Shown here: piece by piece, positions 9,231-19,294 of the stretch
Position numbering within the stretch: the first letter of the stretch is position 1
How the letters are laid out: each line of letters starts with the position of its first letter
DNA from: Longimicrobiales bacterium
GTDB taxonomy: Bacteria > Gemmatimonadota > Gemmatimonadetes > Longimicrobiales > RSA9
Direction: 5' to 3'
Length of the DNA: 64,000 bases
NCBI GenBank assembly: GCA_035513295.1
Contig: DATKCH010000001.1
Location: 1 to 64,000 of the forward strand
Translations under genes and position numbers: made by a program
Notes under the pieces: generated by a model
What the model was told of the DNA's origin: nothing
Databases searched by the model: none
The model's input: only the letters and a program-made list of their open reading frames with translations

Positions 9231-9643
9231 CCGGACCCGGCCCCGACGATGGGAGCGAGCGCCCGGCCGGAGCGGGTCGCGAGGACCTGGACCCGGTCTG
9301 GAAGGCGCTGGCGAACCCGATCCGGAGGCGCATGTTGGACCTGCTGCGCGACGGAGCGCGCACGACGAGCGAACTGGCGGACAGCTTCACGGACCTGTCC
9401 CGGTTCGCCGTGATGCAGCATCTGCGCGTGCTGGTGGGCGCGGAGCTGGTAGTGCCGAGGCGCTCGGGCCGCCGGCGCTTCAACCATCTCAACCCCGTAC
9501 CGATTCAGCGCATCCACGACCGGTGGGTGAGCCGCTACCGGCGCCACTGGGCCGAGGCGCTGGTGGACCTGAAAGCGGCGCTCGAGGCCAACGCGGCGGA
9601 CGGCGAGGCCGCGCCGGCCGCACTCAGACGGAGCAGCCAATGA
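9227..9643 (+). CDS. ArsR/SmtB-family winged-helix transcriptional regulator
   Basis: Has an HTH_20 signature (WKALANPIRRRMLDLL ... TTSELADSFTDLSRFAVMQHLRVL). ATGA overlaps on both sides. Confidence 0.75.
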   Translation: MTGPGPDDGSERPAGAGREDLDPVWKALANPIRRRMLDLLRDGARTTSELADSFTDLSRFAVMQHLRVLVGAELVVPRRSGRRRFNHLNPVPIQRIHDRWVSRYRRHWAEALVDLKAALEANAADGEAAPAALRRSSQ

Positions 9644-10167
9644 CCGAAGCACGGGAGTCCCGCGAACACGTCGCGTCGATCCTGATCGCAGCTCCCATCC
9701 GGAGCGTCTGGAACGAGATCACCAAGACGGGGTCGATCCAGCGCGCGTTCTACAACACCGTCCTGGAAACGACCCTCGAGCCGGGCGCACGGCTGCGCTA
9801 CTACAGCCCCGATCGGAAGCGCGTGTTCGTCGTGGGCGAGGTGGTCGAGGTCGATCCGCCCACGAAGTTCGTGCACACCTACATCTTCACGATGAAGCCC
9901 GGACCTCCGACGCTCGTCACCTGGAATCTGGACGAGACTCCGGACGGCTGCCGCGTAACCATCACCCATTCCGGGTGGACCGACGCGCACGAGGACGTGG
10001 ACAAGCAGATCGCCGGGTGGAGGGAGATCCTGGCGCTCCTCAAGGCCCAGGTGGAGACGGGCTCGATCCCCCTGAAGACGCGGCTCCAGTACGCGCTGAT
10101 GGGCCTGATGGGGTTCATGCTGCCCAAGACCACGAAGGCGGGGTACGCGGACGAGCAGGGCTGGTAG
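9640..10167 (+). CDS. SRPBCC-superfamily protein (AHSA1/Aha1-like START-fold)
   Basis: About 175 aa (ILIAAPIRSVWNEITKTG...VTWNLDETPDGCRVTITHSGW). ArsR paired with SRPBCC is a common arrangement. Confidence 0.65.
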   Translation: MTEARESREHVASILIAAPIRSVWNEITKTGSIQRAFYNTVLETTLEPGARLRYYSPDRKRVFVVGEVVEVDPPTKFVHTYIFTMKPGPPTLVTWNLDETPDGCRVTITHSGWTDAHEDVDKQIAGWREILALLKAQVETGSIPLKTRLQYALMGLMGFMLPKTTKAGYADEQGW

Positions 10168-10181
10168 GGGGTCGCCCGACG

Positions 10182-10598
10182 TCAGCGGAGTTCGAACGAC
10201 GCGTGTCTCGGTGCGGTCATGGCGAATCCCAAGGCCGCGATGAGCAGAGCGCCCCACAACGTGAACGACGGCCCTCCCAGCAGGTACGTGACGATACCCA
10301 GCATCGCCTGGCCCTCCACGAGCGCCCAGGCCACGACGTGCGCGGTTCCGCGCCGCCGGAGCCGCTCCGCCTCCGCCTGGCCTCCTCCGCGGAGGACGCC
10401 GCCAGGGCGAGCGGGACCGGCCGCGGCCCGCGAGTGGACGAGCCAGGCGGCCAGCAACGAAAGGGGCGCGAACACCATCCAGGCGAACGCGAGCGGGGTT
10501 CCGGCTTCGGACGCCTCGGCTGGACGGAGGAACGCCGCAACGGCCGCGAACACTACGAGTCCGACGAGCATCGACCCGAGAACGACCCACATCATCAT
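10182..10598 (-). CDS. Hypothetical membrane protein
   Basis: Likely start is MMMWVVLGSMLVGL. It has four hydrophobic helices. Confidence 0.35.
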   Translation of the reverse strand: MMMWVVLGSMLVGLVVFAAVAAFLRPAEASEAGTPLAFAWMVFAPLSLLAAWLVHSRAAAGPARPGGVLRGGGQAEAERLRRRGTAHVVAWALVEGQAMLGIVTYLLGGPSFTLWGALLIAALGFAMTAPRHASFELR

Positions 10599-10716
10599 GT
10601 GATGCTGGGCGGCCGACGGTCCGGAGGGCGGCGCTTCGCCGTTCACGAGGCCCGCTCCCCTTTGAAGGGGCCGGCGCCGCGCGGACACGGTGAGATCACG
10701 CTCGACCGGTCCCGCA

Positions 10717-11394
10717 TCACCCGGGCGGCACCAGAGTGATGTCGACCGTCGCGCCCGGCGCGACCGCGACGGGCATCGTGTACCCGCCCCCGGGGCCACG
10801 AACCTCGATCACGATGGACGGCTCGCTGGCCCGCACGTTGACCCTGCTCGTATTGCCGGCGCGCAGGCGGCCGAGCCTCGAACGCCCGCCCGAGTCGACG
10901 ATCCACAGTCGCAGGGTCGCGTCGGTGGGGTTGCGGATCAACAGGGTAGCGGGCGCATTCGCCGCGGCGCCCGAGGTTTCTCCATCCCGGTCCGACTCCT
11001 CACGACGGGGCTCGATGATGCGTGCGCCACCGCCTTGCGCGGCCGCCGCCGGTGCCGGGCCCACCGCGCTCCCGGCGCCGTCCCCGCTGCCACCCACGCC
11101 GGCCGCGGCGGCGGCCGGGTCCTCCGCCTGGCGCACGAATCGGGGACCCGAAGAGACATCGCGCACCTGCAGGAACAGCATCACGGCGAGAGCCGCGATC
11201 ACGACGAAAGCGATCGGAGATCCCACCCCTCGGGCGCGCACCGTCACCCACTCCAGGGCGATGCCGAGAGGAAAGGCGAGCGCGACGACACGCACCGTGA
11301 TGCCCAGCGGCATGGCGAAGATCCATGCGACCAACGCCGCGGCGCCGCCGAAGACCACGCCGGTGATGAGACCGACGAAAATCCAGCTGCGCAT
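10717..11394 (-). CDS. Hypothetical membrane protein with a C-terminal beta-rich domain
   Basis: Has N-terminal TM helices, an Ala/Gly linker and a C-terminal domain (LLIRNPTDATLRLWIVDSGG...VIEVRGPGGGYTMPV). Confidence 0.4.
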   Translation of the reverse strand: MRSWIFVGLITGVVFGGAAALVAWIFAMPLGITVRVVALAFPLGIALEWVTVRARGVGSPIAFVVIAALAVMLFLQVRDVSSGPRFVRQAEDPAAAAAGVGGSGDGAGSAVGPAPAAAAQGGGARIIEPRREESDRDGETSGAAANAPATLLIRNPTDATLRLWIVDSGGRSRLGRLRAGNTSRVNVRASEPSIVIEVRGPGGGYTMPVAVAPGATVDITLVPPG

Positions 11395-11478
11395 ACGTCC
11401 GACCGACGGGTAGAGGCAGCGAAAACGCTCTCCTTCGGACCGTTTTGCCGACCTCGGGTCGTGTTATACTTCCCTGTC

Positions 11479-12042
11479 ATGATGAGCACCGGCTCGCCGC
11501 CGCGCACCCCTTTCCCCGCCAGACCGTCGCTCGGTAGCCGCGGCGAGCCCCGGCGGACGACCCCGTTCCGGCCGACCCGGCCGGGCCGCGCTCGCGCGCA
11601 TCCGGCGGCCTGGGCTCTACCGATCGCGGCGGCCGGAATGCTTCTGGGCTCCTGCGCGATCCCTCGTTGGCCGGTCGACGGGGAGGTCATCTCCCCCTTC
11701 GGCCTGCGATTCCGGGGTTGGCGCCCCGACTACCACGAGGGAGTGGACGTGTACGCGCCCGCCGGCACGCCGGTGCGCGCGATGAAGCCGGGCGTCGTGA
11801 GCCGCGCGGGACGCTTCCGGGGGCTGGGACTGGCGGTCTACATCGACCACGGCCGTGGTCTCATGACGATTTACGGGCACCTGTCCAGCCTGTACGTCGC
11901 GCAGGGCGAGCGGGTCGAGCACCGGCAGGTGATCGGCGCCGTGGGGCAGACGGGCAACGCGACCGGCCCGCACCTGCACTTCGAGGTTCTTCGAAACGGT
12001 CGGGAGGTGGATCCCGTCCCGTTGCTGGGCGGGTTGCCGTAG
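11479..12042 (+). CDS. M23 family metallopeptidase (LytM/lysostaphin-like)
   Basis: Carries the HEGVD and HxH motifs (HEGVDVYAPAGTPV..., NATGPHLHFEV). A signal/TM segment follows the start MMSTGSPP. Confidence 0.8.
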   Translation: MMSTGSPPRTPFPARPSLGSRGEPRRTTPFRPTRPGRARAHPAAWALPIAAAGMLLGSCAIPRWPVDGEVISPFGLRFRGWRPDYHEGVDVYAPAGTPVRAMKPGVVSRAGRFRGLGLAVYIDHGRGLMTIYGHLSSLYVAQGERVEHRQVIGAVGQTGNATGPHLHFEVLRNGREVDPVPLLGGLP

Positions 12043-12078
12043 GGAACCTGCGCCCCCCATCCCGGGGTCAAAGTAGGC

Positions 12079-12777
12079 ATGGCGACAAGCACCAGGCGCG
12101 GAGACCAGCTCGAGCGGCGCTACGAGCGATACCTGAGGCGCGGCGTGGTCGCGTCGATCCTCCTGCACGCCCTTTTGTTCCTGGTGTTCGGCACGCGCGC
12201 CCGTCCGCCGTCGCCCTTCTCCGCGGCCGGGCCACGGGCGGGCGACGACCGCGCGGCCGCCGCGGGCGGAGGCATGCAGGTCGTGCAGCTCCTGCCTCCG
12301 ACACCCTTCGAGATCATCCGGCCGCCGGAGCCCGTCCCCGCCCCTGATGTGACCGTGGAGATGGTCGAGTTCGAGCCGGTGATCGAACAGGTTTCCGCGG
12401 CGGACCTCGCCGCGCGCATCGGCCGCGGAGACGCCGAAGGGCCGGAGGAGGGCGAAGGCATCGAGGGCGGAGAAGGCGAGGGCGACGCCGGCACCGCCGA
12501 GTCGGGGCGATTCCGGCTCCTGCCGCCCAACCCTCGGGGGCTCATCATTCCGCCGAGCGACCGGCCGAACAGGGTGCGCGGCAAGGACGTCGAGGTGCAC
12601 GTGTTCGTGAGCGAGACCGGCGCGGTCGTGCCGGATTCCACGCGACTCTACCCGCCCACGGGCGATCGGAGGTTCGACGATCGGCTGATCCAGGACGCAT
12701 CGGAATGGGTCTTCGAGCCGGCGCGACGCGGCGGCGATGCCGTCGCGAGCTGGACGGTCTACACGCTCTCGCTCTGA
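12079..12777 (+). CDS. TonB-like energy-transducer family protein
   Basis: Has an N-terminal TM anchor (VVASILLHALLFLVF), a Pro-rich spacer, and a C-terminal TonB-C-like domain (VEVHVFVSETGAVVPDSTRLYPPTGDRRFDDRLIQDASEWVFEPA). Confidence 0.5.
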   Translation: MATSTRRGDQLERRYERYLRRGVVASILLHALLFLVFGTRARPPSPFSAAGPRAGDDRAAAAGGGMQVVQLLPPTPFEIIRPPEPVPAPDVTVEMVEFEPVIEQVSAADLAARIGRGDAEGPEEGEGIEGGEGEGDAGTAESGRFRLLPPNPRGLIIPPSDRPNRVRGKDVEVHVFVSETGAVVPDSTRLYPPTGDRRFDDRLIQDASEWVFEPARRGGDAVASWTVYTLSL

Positions 12778-12819
12778 TTCCGTCGCCCGGACCGGCGTAG
12801 GCCTTTCCCGAACGTTCCG

Positions 12820-14583
12820 CTAGCGCTCGTACACCACTCGCCCGCCGACCATGGTGAGATCGGGCGTCGCGACCAGGATCTCCCCGGGCGGTATCGACGT
12901 CAGGTCGCGGTCCCAGATCACGAGGTCCGCGAGCATCCCCTCCGACAGGGTTCCCTTCTCCTCCTCTTGGAACTCGCCGTACGCGCTGGCCGTGGTGTAC
13001 AGGCGGATCGCTTCCTCGAAGCTCAGACGCTGCTCCGGCAGCCAGCCGTCGGGGGGCTCGCCGGGCTCCTCGCGGCTCTGTCGGGTGATGGCGCTGTAGA
13101 TGCCCTGCACCGGCTCGATCGGTTCGACCGCGAAGTCCGTCCCGAAGATGACGCGGGCGTCCGCGTCCAGCAGCGAGCGCCACACGTAGGCCCCCTCCAC
13201 CGCCCGCTCGCGCCCGATGCGCTCCTCGGCCCAGCGCATGTCGCTCGTGGCGTGGGTCGGCTGCATGCTCGCGATGACGCCGAGCTCCGCGAAGCGCGGG
13301 ATGTCCGCGGAGTCGATCACCTGCGCGTGCTCGATCCGGTGGCGCAGGCCGCGCGATCCCAGCGCCTCCTTGGCCCTTTCGATGCCGTCCAGCACCGAGC
13401 GCACGGCGCCGTCCCCGATCGCGTGGATGGCGAGCTGGATGTCCGCGTCGTGCGCCGCGAGGATGAGCGAGTCCATGCGCGCCGCGGGGGTCGTCGGGAT
13501 GCCGGAGGTCGTCGTGTCGTCGGTGAAGGGCTCCAGCATCCACGCGGTGCGCGACCCGAGCGTGCCGTCCGAGTAGCCCTTCAGGATGCCCGTGCGCAGC
13601 CACGCGTCGCCCGTGCCCGCCCGGATGCCGCGCGCGCGCAGCGTGTCGATGTTGGCCATCGTGAGCGGCAGCCACGCATACAACCGGACGGTGAGCTCGC
13701 CCGCGTCCGCGAGCTCCCGATACAGCGCGAGCTCGCGGCTGTCGGCGCTCGTCGTGGCGCTCGTGACGCCGGCGCGCGCGGCGCGCTCGAGCGCGGCCTC
13801 GACGCCGCGCCGGAGCAGGACGTCGTCGGTCTCCGGGATCACGCCGCCGATGAGCTCCTCGGCGTTCTCCTTGAAGATGCCGGTCGGCTCGCCGTCGGCG
13901 TCGCGCACGATCTCACCGCCTTCGGGGTCCGGCGTCTCCGCCGTGATCCCCGCCTCCGCCATCGCGAGCGAGTTGGCCCAGCCCGTGTGGCCGTCCACCC
14001 GGCCCAGGTACACCGGGTGGCCCGGAGCGGCGCGGTCCAGGGCCTCCTTCGTGGGCCAGCCGCCCGGACCCAGCTCGTCGTCGGGGAGCCGGGTGTGGTC
14101 CCAGCCGCGCCCCTGGATCCAGGTTCCGGAGGGCTGCCCTTCGGCGGCCGCGCGCACGCGCTCCGCGATCTGGTCGAGCGACGTGGTACCGTTCAGGTCC
14201 ATCCGCAGCAGGGACATCCCGCCGGACGCGAAATGAAGGTGGGCGTCGTTGAATCCGGGGGTCACCAGCCGGCCGTCGAGCTCGATGACGCGCGTCGCCG
14301 CACCGATGTGCCTCGACACCTCCTCGTCGGTGCCCACCGCCAGGATCCGTTCCCCGCCGATCGCGACCCCGGATGTCGGATCCGCGCCCTCCACCGCGCT
14401 CATGACGACGCCCCCGCGCAGGACGAAGTCGGCGCCCGCCTCTTCGGCTTCCCGCTCGGCGCCTTCGGCGCACGCGGACAGCAGCGCCCCGGCGGCGGCC
14501 AGAGGGGTCAGCGCGCGGGCCAGCCGGTTGCGCCGGCGCGTCGAGGCCGTCCGGCGCTGGGCGCCTCGGGTTCGTGGGCTCAT
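12820..14583 (-). CDS. Metal-dependent amidohydrolase (Amidohydro_3 / YtcJ-like) lipoprotein
   Basis: Start is MSPRTRG. There is a lipobox (LLSAC). The metal-binding motif PGFNDAHLHF is present, and the full ~588 aa has an amidohydrolase fold. Confidence 0.75.
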   Translation of the reverse strand: MSPRTRGAQRRTASTRRRNRLARALTPLAAAGALLSACAEGAEREAEEAGADFVLRGGVVMSAVEGADPTSGVAIGGERILAVGTDEEVSRHIGAATRVIELDGRLVTPGFNDAHLHFASGGMSLLRMDLNGTTSLDQIAERVRAAAEGQPSGTWIQGRGWDHTRLPDDELGPGGWPTKEALDRAAPGHPVYLGRVDGHTGWANSLAMAEAGITAETPDPEGGEIVRDADGEPTGIFKENAEELIGGVIPETDDVLLRRGVEAALERAARAGVTSATTSADSRELALYRELADAGELTVRLYAWLPLTMANIDTLRARGIRAGTGDAWLRTGILKGYSDGTLGSRTAWMLEPFTDDTTTSGIPTTPAARMDSLILAAHDADIQLAIHAIGDGAVRSVLDGIERAKEALGSRGLRHRIEHAQVIDSADIPRFAELGVIASMQPTHATSDMRWAEERIGRERAVEGAYVWRSLLDADARVIFGTDFAVEPIEPVQGIYSAITRQSREEPGEPPDGWLPEQRLSFEEAIRLYTTASAYGEFQEEEKGTLSEGMLADLVIWDRDLTSIPPGEILVATPDLTMVGGRVVYER

Positions 14584-14769
14584 GGCGTTCGAGCGGGTTC
14601 GGGAGGTGTGCCTGACCACCGCGCGGGGTGGTCGCGTGCGCGCGGCACCGAGTACCTTCGCGTTCGCGGCGGCCCCGGACCGGGTCGCGGCGTACACTAG
14701 GGCGGTTTCCCGCGTCCGGCCAGCCGGACGGCGCGCGGCCGCGGTCGCGCAACCACCCCGGGAGGAGAC

Positions 14770-15183
14770 ATGCTGCTTCGCAGGTACGGCAACAGAATAC
14801 AGAGCGTCGAGCCCAACTTTCAACCGCACGCGCTCACCGAGATCGCCTTCACGCGCACCGACGACTTTCGCGCCGAAGCGGACGAATTCGCGGACGAGTG
14901 GGAGCTGGTGTCGAGCCACGAGGTGGCCGGGGTCACCGAGGGGGACGTCAAGACCGAGGTGGAGTCCGCGCTGCTCGCGGACCTGCTCGAACAGCTCGGG
15001 TCGATCGTCGCGGCCGCGCCGGAAGGCCACGTCGCGCTCGTGGAGAACAAGCTGGGGCAGGACCACCCCAAGCTGCGCGATGCCACCAAGACGACCGTGG
15101 TCGACGGCGCGAACCGTTTCCACTTCACCTATTCGGTGGACCCGCCGCTGCGCGTCGGCGTGTACCGCCCGGCGGCCGGGTAG
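14770..15183 (+). CDS. Hypothetical small acidic protein
   Basis: 137 aa with a GGGAGGAG RBS and non-repetitive composition. It ends 16 nt before the Kdo-kinase-like gene. Confidence 0.4.
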   Translation: MLLRRYGNRIQSVEPNFQPHALTEIAFTRTDDFRAEADEFADEWELVSSHEVAGVTEGDVKTEVESALLADLLEQLGSIVAAAPEGHVALVENKLGQDHPKLRDATKTTVVDGANRFHFTYSVDPPLRVGVYRPAAG

Positions 15184-15198
15184 GGCCGAGCGCCGGGC

Positions 15199-16011
15199 GT
15201 GGCGCACGCGATTCCCCATCGGCGCATCGAGTCGGCGCCGGCCGTGGCGTACGCGCTGCCGGCGTTGCGCGAGCGGGTGGAGGAGCTGCTCGCGGCCGGG
15301 ACGCTGAGCGACTTCGCGAGCGGCCATCCCGAGCGGGAGCCGCTCGGCGGACGGGGGCAGGCCTGGCGCATCCCGGCGCCGGCCACGACGCCGGGGGCGT
15401 CGCCGTTCTGGGCGGTGAGGCACTACGTCCGCGGCGGGTCGGTGGCGGGCCCGCTGCTCGGCGACCGGTACGCGCGTGCGGGGGTGCCGCGCCCGTTCGC
15501 CGAGCTGCGAACGAGCGAGCGAGCGCGCGCGCGTGGCGTGCGTACGCCACGCGTGCTGGCGGCCGCTTCCTATCCGGCCGGGCCGCTTTTCCGGCGCGGG
15601 GACCTCGTAACGGACTGGGTCGAGGGCGCGACGGACCTCGCGCGATCGCTGTTCGGGGGGGCGGCCCCGGACGAGCGTTACGCGCTGCTGCGGGCGAGCG
15701 GCGCGCTCGTGCGCACGCTGGCCCTCGCCGGCGTCGAGCACGTGGACCTCAACGCCGCCAACATCGCCCTCCGCGCCACGCCGGACGGTTGGGAGACCTG
15801 GGTGCTGGACCTGGACCGCACGCGCATCCACGCCGAACCGCTGGTCAGCGCCGGCGTGCGCATGCTGGCCAGGCTCGAGCGTTCGCTCGCCAGGCTCGGA
15901 GCGTCCTCGGAGACGCCCCTGGAGGCGGCCGAATGGGATGCGCTACTGGCTGGCGCGGGCGACCTGAACGACGTCCTGCGCCACGGGCACGACGACGCCG
16001 GGCCCGCGTGA
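15199..16011 (+). CDS. Kdo/WaaP-family lipopolysaccharide kinase (KdkA-like 3-deoxy-D-manno-octulosonic acid kinase)
   Basis: Carries VRHYVRGG, HVDLNAANIAL and LDLDR, which match the KdkA RHYRRGG / HGDLNxxNIL / IDFDR signatures. Confidence 0.6.
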   Translation: MAHAIPHRRIESAPAVAYALPALRERVEELLAAGTLSDFASGHPEREPLGGRGQAWRIPAPATTPGASPFWAVRHYVRGGSVAGPLLGDRYARAGVPRPFAELRTSERARARGVRTPRVLAAASYPAGPLFRRGDLVTDWVEGATDLARSLFGGAAPDERYALLRASGALVRTLALAGVEHVDLNAANIALRATPDGWETWVLDLDRTRIHAEPLVSAGVRMLARLERSLARLGASSETPLEAAEWDALLAGAGDLNDVLRHGHDDAGPA

Positions 16012-17078
16012 CGGAACTGGCCGAACGCCTCGCGCGCGGGCGGCGCGAAGTCGGCGTCCTGATGCTCACCGCGATCGGGGACGCGGTCCACGTCCTGCCG
16101 GTGCTGTCCGCGATGCGCCGCGCCCGGCCCGAGTGGCGCCTGACGTGGATCATCCAGCCCGTGCCCCACCGACTCGTCGCCCCGAACGATCCGGCCGACG
16201 ACTACGTCGTCTTCGAGCGCCGCCGCGGGCCGGCCGCGTGGCGATCCTACGCGGAGGCCCGCGCGGCCACGCGGGACCGTCGCTTCGACGTCCTCCTCTG
16301 CCTGCAGGTCTATTTCAAGGCGGGCCTGCTCGCGGCGGTCCTGCCGGCGGACGTGAAGCTCGGCTTCGACCGCCGGCGGGCGCGCGACGCCAACTGGCTG
16401 TTCACGGATGAGCGCATCCCCGCGCGCCCCGCGGGCCACGTCCAGGACCAGTACTTCGAGTTCCTGGAATACCTGGGGATCGACCCGCGGCCGGTCGTCT
16501 GGGGACTGGCCCCCACACCCCCGGAACGGGAGGAGCAGCGCGCATTCCTGGAGCGGCTGGAGGGCCGGCGCGCGTGCGGCGTCGTGGTGGCCACGAGCCG
16601 GCCCGAAAAGAACTGGGCTCCCGCGCGGTACGCGCGGCTCCTGGACTCCGTGCGCGGCGACCTCGGCCTGACGCCCGTCCTGATGGGCGGGCCCTCGTCG
16701 GTGGAGCGCGCCGCGGCAGAGAAGATCACGTCCGCGATGACGGCGCCGCCGGTGGACATGCTGGGCGACGACGTGCGCCGGCTGGTCTGGCTCGCGCAGG
16801 CGTGCGACGTGGTCGTCAGCCCCGACACCGGTCCGCTGCACGTGGCGCGCGCGGTCGGCACCCCGGTGGTGGGACTGTTCGGCTTCACGAACCCCCTGCG
16901 CTACGGGCCCTACCGCGCCTTCGAGGACCTGGTCGTGGACGGGTACGCGATCTCTCCGGGGGAGCCGTATCCGCTCAGCGCCCGGCACCGGCCGGATGGA
17001 ATGGCGCGCGTCACGGTCGACGCCGTGCTCGCGTCGGTGGAGCGGGCGCTCGCGCGTTACGCGCCCGGAGGGCCATGA
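16007..17078 (+). CDS. Glycosyltransferase family 9 (ADP-heptose:LPS heptosyltransferase-like)
   Basis: Has a GT-B/GT9 profile (LMLTAIGDAVHVLPVL ... VSPDTGPLHVARAVGTPVVGLFGFTNP). Its GTG start overlaps the kinase stop (GTGA). Confidence 0.7.
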
Positions 17079-17086
17079 TGCCGGCA

Positions 17087-17913
17087 TGACGCTCTCGGTC
17101 GTGGTCTCCACCTACAACCAGCCCGAATGGCTGGAGCTCAGCCTGAGGAGCCTCGCGGCGCAGCGGGACCGCGCATTCCGGGTGCTCGTCGCCGACGACG
17201 GGTCGGGGCCGGAGACGCGCGGGCGCATCGATCTGGTGAAGGCGGACACCGGCCTGGACGTGCGCCACGTATGGCAAGAGGACGCCGGCTTCCGGAAGTG
17301 CGAGATCCTGAACCGGGCGATCCTGGAATCCGACGGCGAGTACCTCGTCTTCACAGACGGAGACTGCATCGTCCAGCCCGACTTCGTCGCCGCCCACCGG
17401 GCGCTCCGGGAGCGCGGCCGCTTCCTGTCGGGCGGGTACGCGAAGCTGCCGGCGCAGGCCAGCGCCGCGATCGGCGCCGAACACATCGCGTCGGGTCGGG
17501 CGACGGACTACCTGTGGCTCCGCCGGCACGGCGCCCCATCGACGCGCTCGCTGCGCCGCCTCGCCGTCCCCGCTCACCTGGCACCCGTGTTCGACCTGCT
17601 CACGCCGACCCGCGCGAGCTTCAACGGACACAACGCCTCGGCCTGGAAGCGCGACCTGGAGGCGGTCAACGGGTTCAACGAGGACATGGGCTACGGCGGG
17701 CTCGACCGCGAGCTGGGAGAGCGGCTGGAGAACGCCGGCGTGCGCGGCAAGCAGGTCCGCCACCGCGCCCACGTGGTGCACCTGGACCACCCGCGCGGCT
17801 ACCGCGATGAGGCCGTGCTGCGGCGCAACCGCGCGATCCGGGACGAGGTGGCTGCCACGCGCCGCGTGCGCGCGGAGCGGGGGCTCGACGGGCACCGCGA
17901 CCAGGGTCGATGA
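17087..17913 (+). CDS. Glycosyltransferase family 2
   Basis: Has a GT-A profile (LSVVVSTYNQPEWLELSL ... VADDGSGPETR ... FTDGDCIV). It is a paralogue of the GT2 gene at 20391-21305. Confidence 0.75.
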
Positions 17914-17959
17914 GCGGCGCCGTTGGTCGGCCGGCCGTCGCGCGAGCGGAGGCGCTCGC

Positions 17960-19294
17960 GTGAGCCGCTCCGCGGGGGCGTCCGGCCGGGAGCATCTTCT
18001 CGTCACGAACTCCGTCGCGCTGAACGGCGGCGACGCGGCGATCCTGCTCGGCCTCCTCCGGGGGGTACGTCGCGCGTTCGGACCCGGCGTGTCCGTGGAC
18101 GTGGCCGACGAGGCCTTCTCCGCGGCGGCGCGGGCGTATCCGGACATCTCCTTCGTGCCCCCCCTGCACGGCTCTGCGCGGCGCCCGCAGGGGCCGATCG
18201 AAGCGCTCGCGCGCAGCCTGCGGCGGCGCAGGGTGTCGGCGGCCGACGCGCTCATCGGCGCGGCGCCGGCGCTGGCGCGCTTGCTCCTTCCGCCAGCGGG
18301 GCGGGCCCAGCTGGATCGCCTGCGCGGCGCCGCAGCGGTCATCTCCACGGGCGGGACCTACCTCGTCGAGCACTACCCGCTCCGGCGCCGGCTGGAGTCG
18401 ATCGACATCCCGGCCCGGCTCGGAGTGCCCACGTACCTGTACACGCAGTCGCTCGGGCCCTTTGCCGACCCGCGCAACGCTCGCCGGGTGGCGGACGCGC
18501 TCTCGCGCGCAGCGCGCGTGTTCCTGCGGGACGGGCGCTCGCGCGACCATCTTCTGGAGATCGGGGTCGACGCGGACCGCCTGAGCGTCCACCCGGACGC
18601 CGCCTTCGCGCTGGCGCGCGCCCCGGGCGCGGCCCCGCCGGAGCCGACCCGGGTGGCGCTGTCCGTCCGCCACTGGCCGCACCACCGTACGCAGACGCCC
18701 GAGGAGGGACAGCGACGCTACCGCGAGGCGATCGGCGCGGTCGCCCGCCGACTGGCCGCCGCCGGCGCGCGCGTCACGTTCCTTTCGACGTGCCAGGGGC
18801 AGCCCGAATACCGCACCGACGACGCCCGGTACGCCGCCCGCATCGTCGAGGAGCACCTCGCCCACGTGTCGGGCGTGGAGGTGGACGCGGCGTTCCGGAC
18901 GCCGGAGGAGCTGATCGACGAGCTCGCGGGCTACCACCTGGCGATCGCGACGCGCATGCACTTCGCCATCCTCGCCCTGTGCGCGGGGGTGCCGGTCGCG
19001 CCCATCGCGTACGAGTTCAAGACCGCGGAGCTCTTTGCCGGGTTCGGCTGGGAGCCGCGGGTGACGGAGCTGGAGAGCATCTCGGCGGAGGCTCTGTGGC
19101 GCAACGTGGACGCCACGCTGGCCGACGCCGCCGGCATTCGGACCCGCCTCGCCGAGGAGCTTCCGCGCCTGCGCGAGGCCGCGATGGAACCGGCCGAGCG
19201 GATCCGCGAGGATCTCCGGGGCGCCGCCGCCGACCATCAGTCGGCGCCCGGCCGCCCGCCGGCCGATCCGGGGACGGGGCTCGGGGAGCGGTGA
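17960..19294 (+). CDS. Polysaccharide pyruvyl transferase family protein (CsaB/WcaK-like)
   Basis: Starts with GTG. Has a PS_pyruv_trans-like profile (LLVTNSVALNGGDAAIL ... VISTGGTYLVEHY ... LAIATRMHFAILAL). Confidence 0.65.
   Translation: MSRSAGASGREHLLVTNSVALNGGDAAILLGLLRGVRRAFGPGVSVDVADEAFSAAARAYPDISFVPPLHGSARRPQGPIEALARSLRRRRVSAADALIGAAPALARLLLPPAGRAQLDRLRGAAAVISTGGTYLVEHYPLRRRLESIDIPARLGVPTYLYTQSLGPFADPRNARRVADALSRAARVFLRDGRSRDHLLEIGVDADRLSVHPDAAFALARAPGAAPPEPTRVALSVRHWPHHRTQTPEEGQRRYREAIGAVARRLAAAGARVTFLSTCQGQPEYRTDDARYAARIVEEHLAHVSGVEVDAAFRTPEELIDELAGYHLAIATRMHFAILALCAGVPVAPIAYEFKTAELFAGFGWEPRVTELESISAEALWRNVDATLADAAGIRTRLAEELPRLREAAMEPAERIREDLRGAAADHQSAPGRPPADPGTGLGER

Noticed and set aside
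12545-13675. 376-aa minus-strand ORF, and similar antisense ORFs across 12820-14583
   Set aside because: These are antisense to the amidohydrolase gene, Arg-rich and without motifs.
14628-17078. 816-aa plus-strand ORF spanning the amidohydrolase start through the heptosyltransferase
   Set aside because: Only the C-terminal ~357 aa (from GTG at about 16007) look like a real GT9 protein. The N-terminal part is Arg-rich junk and overlaps the genuine KdkA-like gene in another frame.
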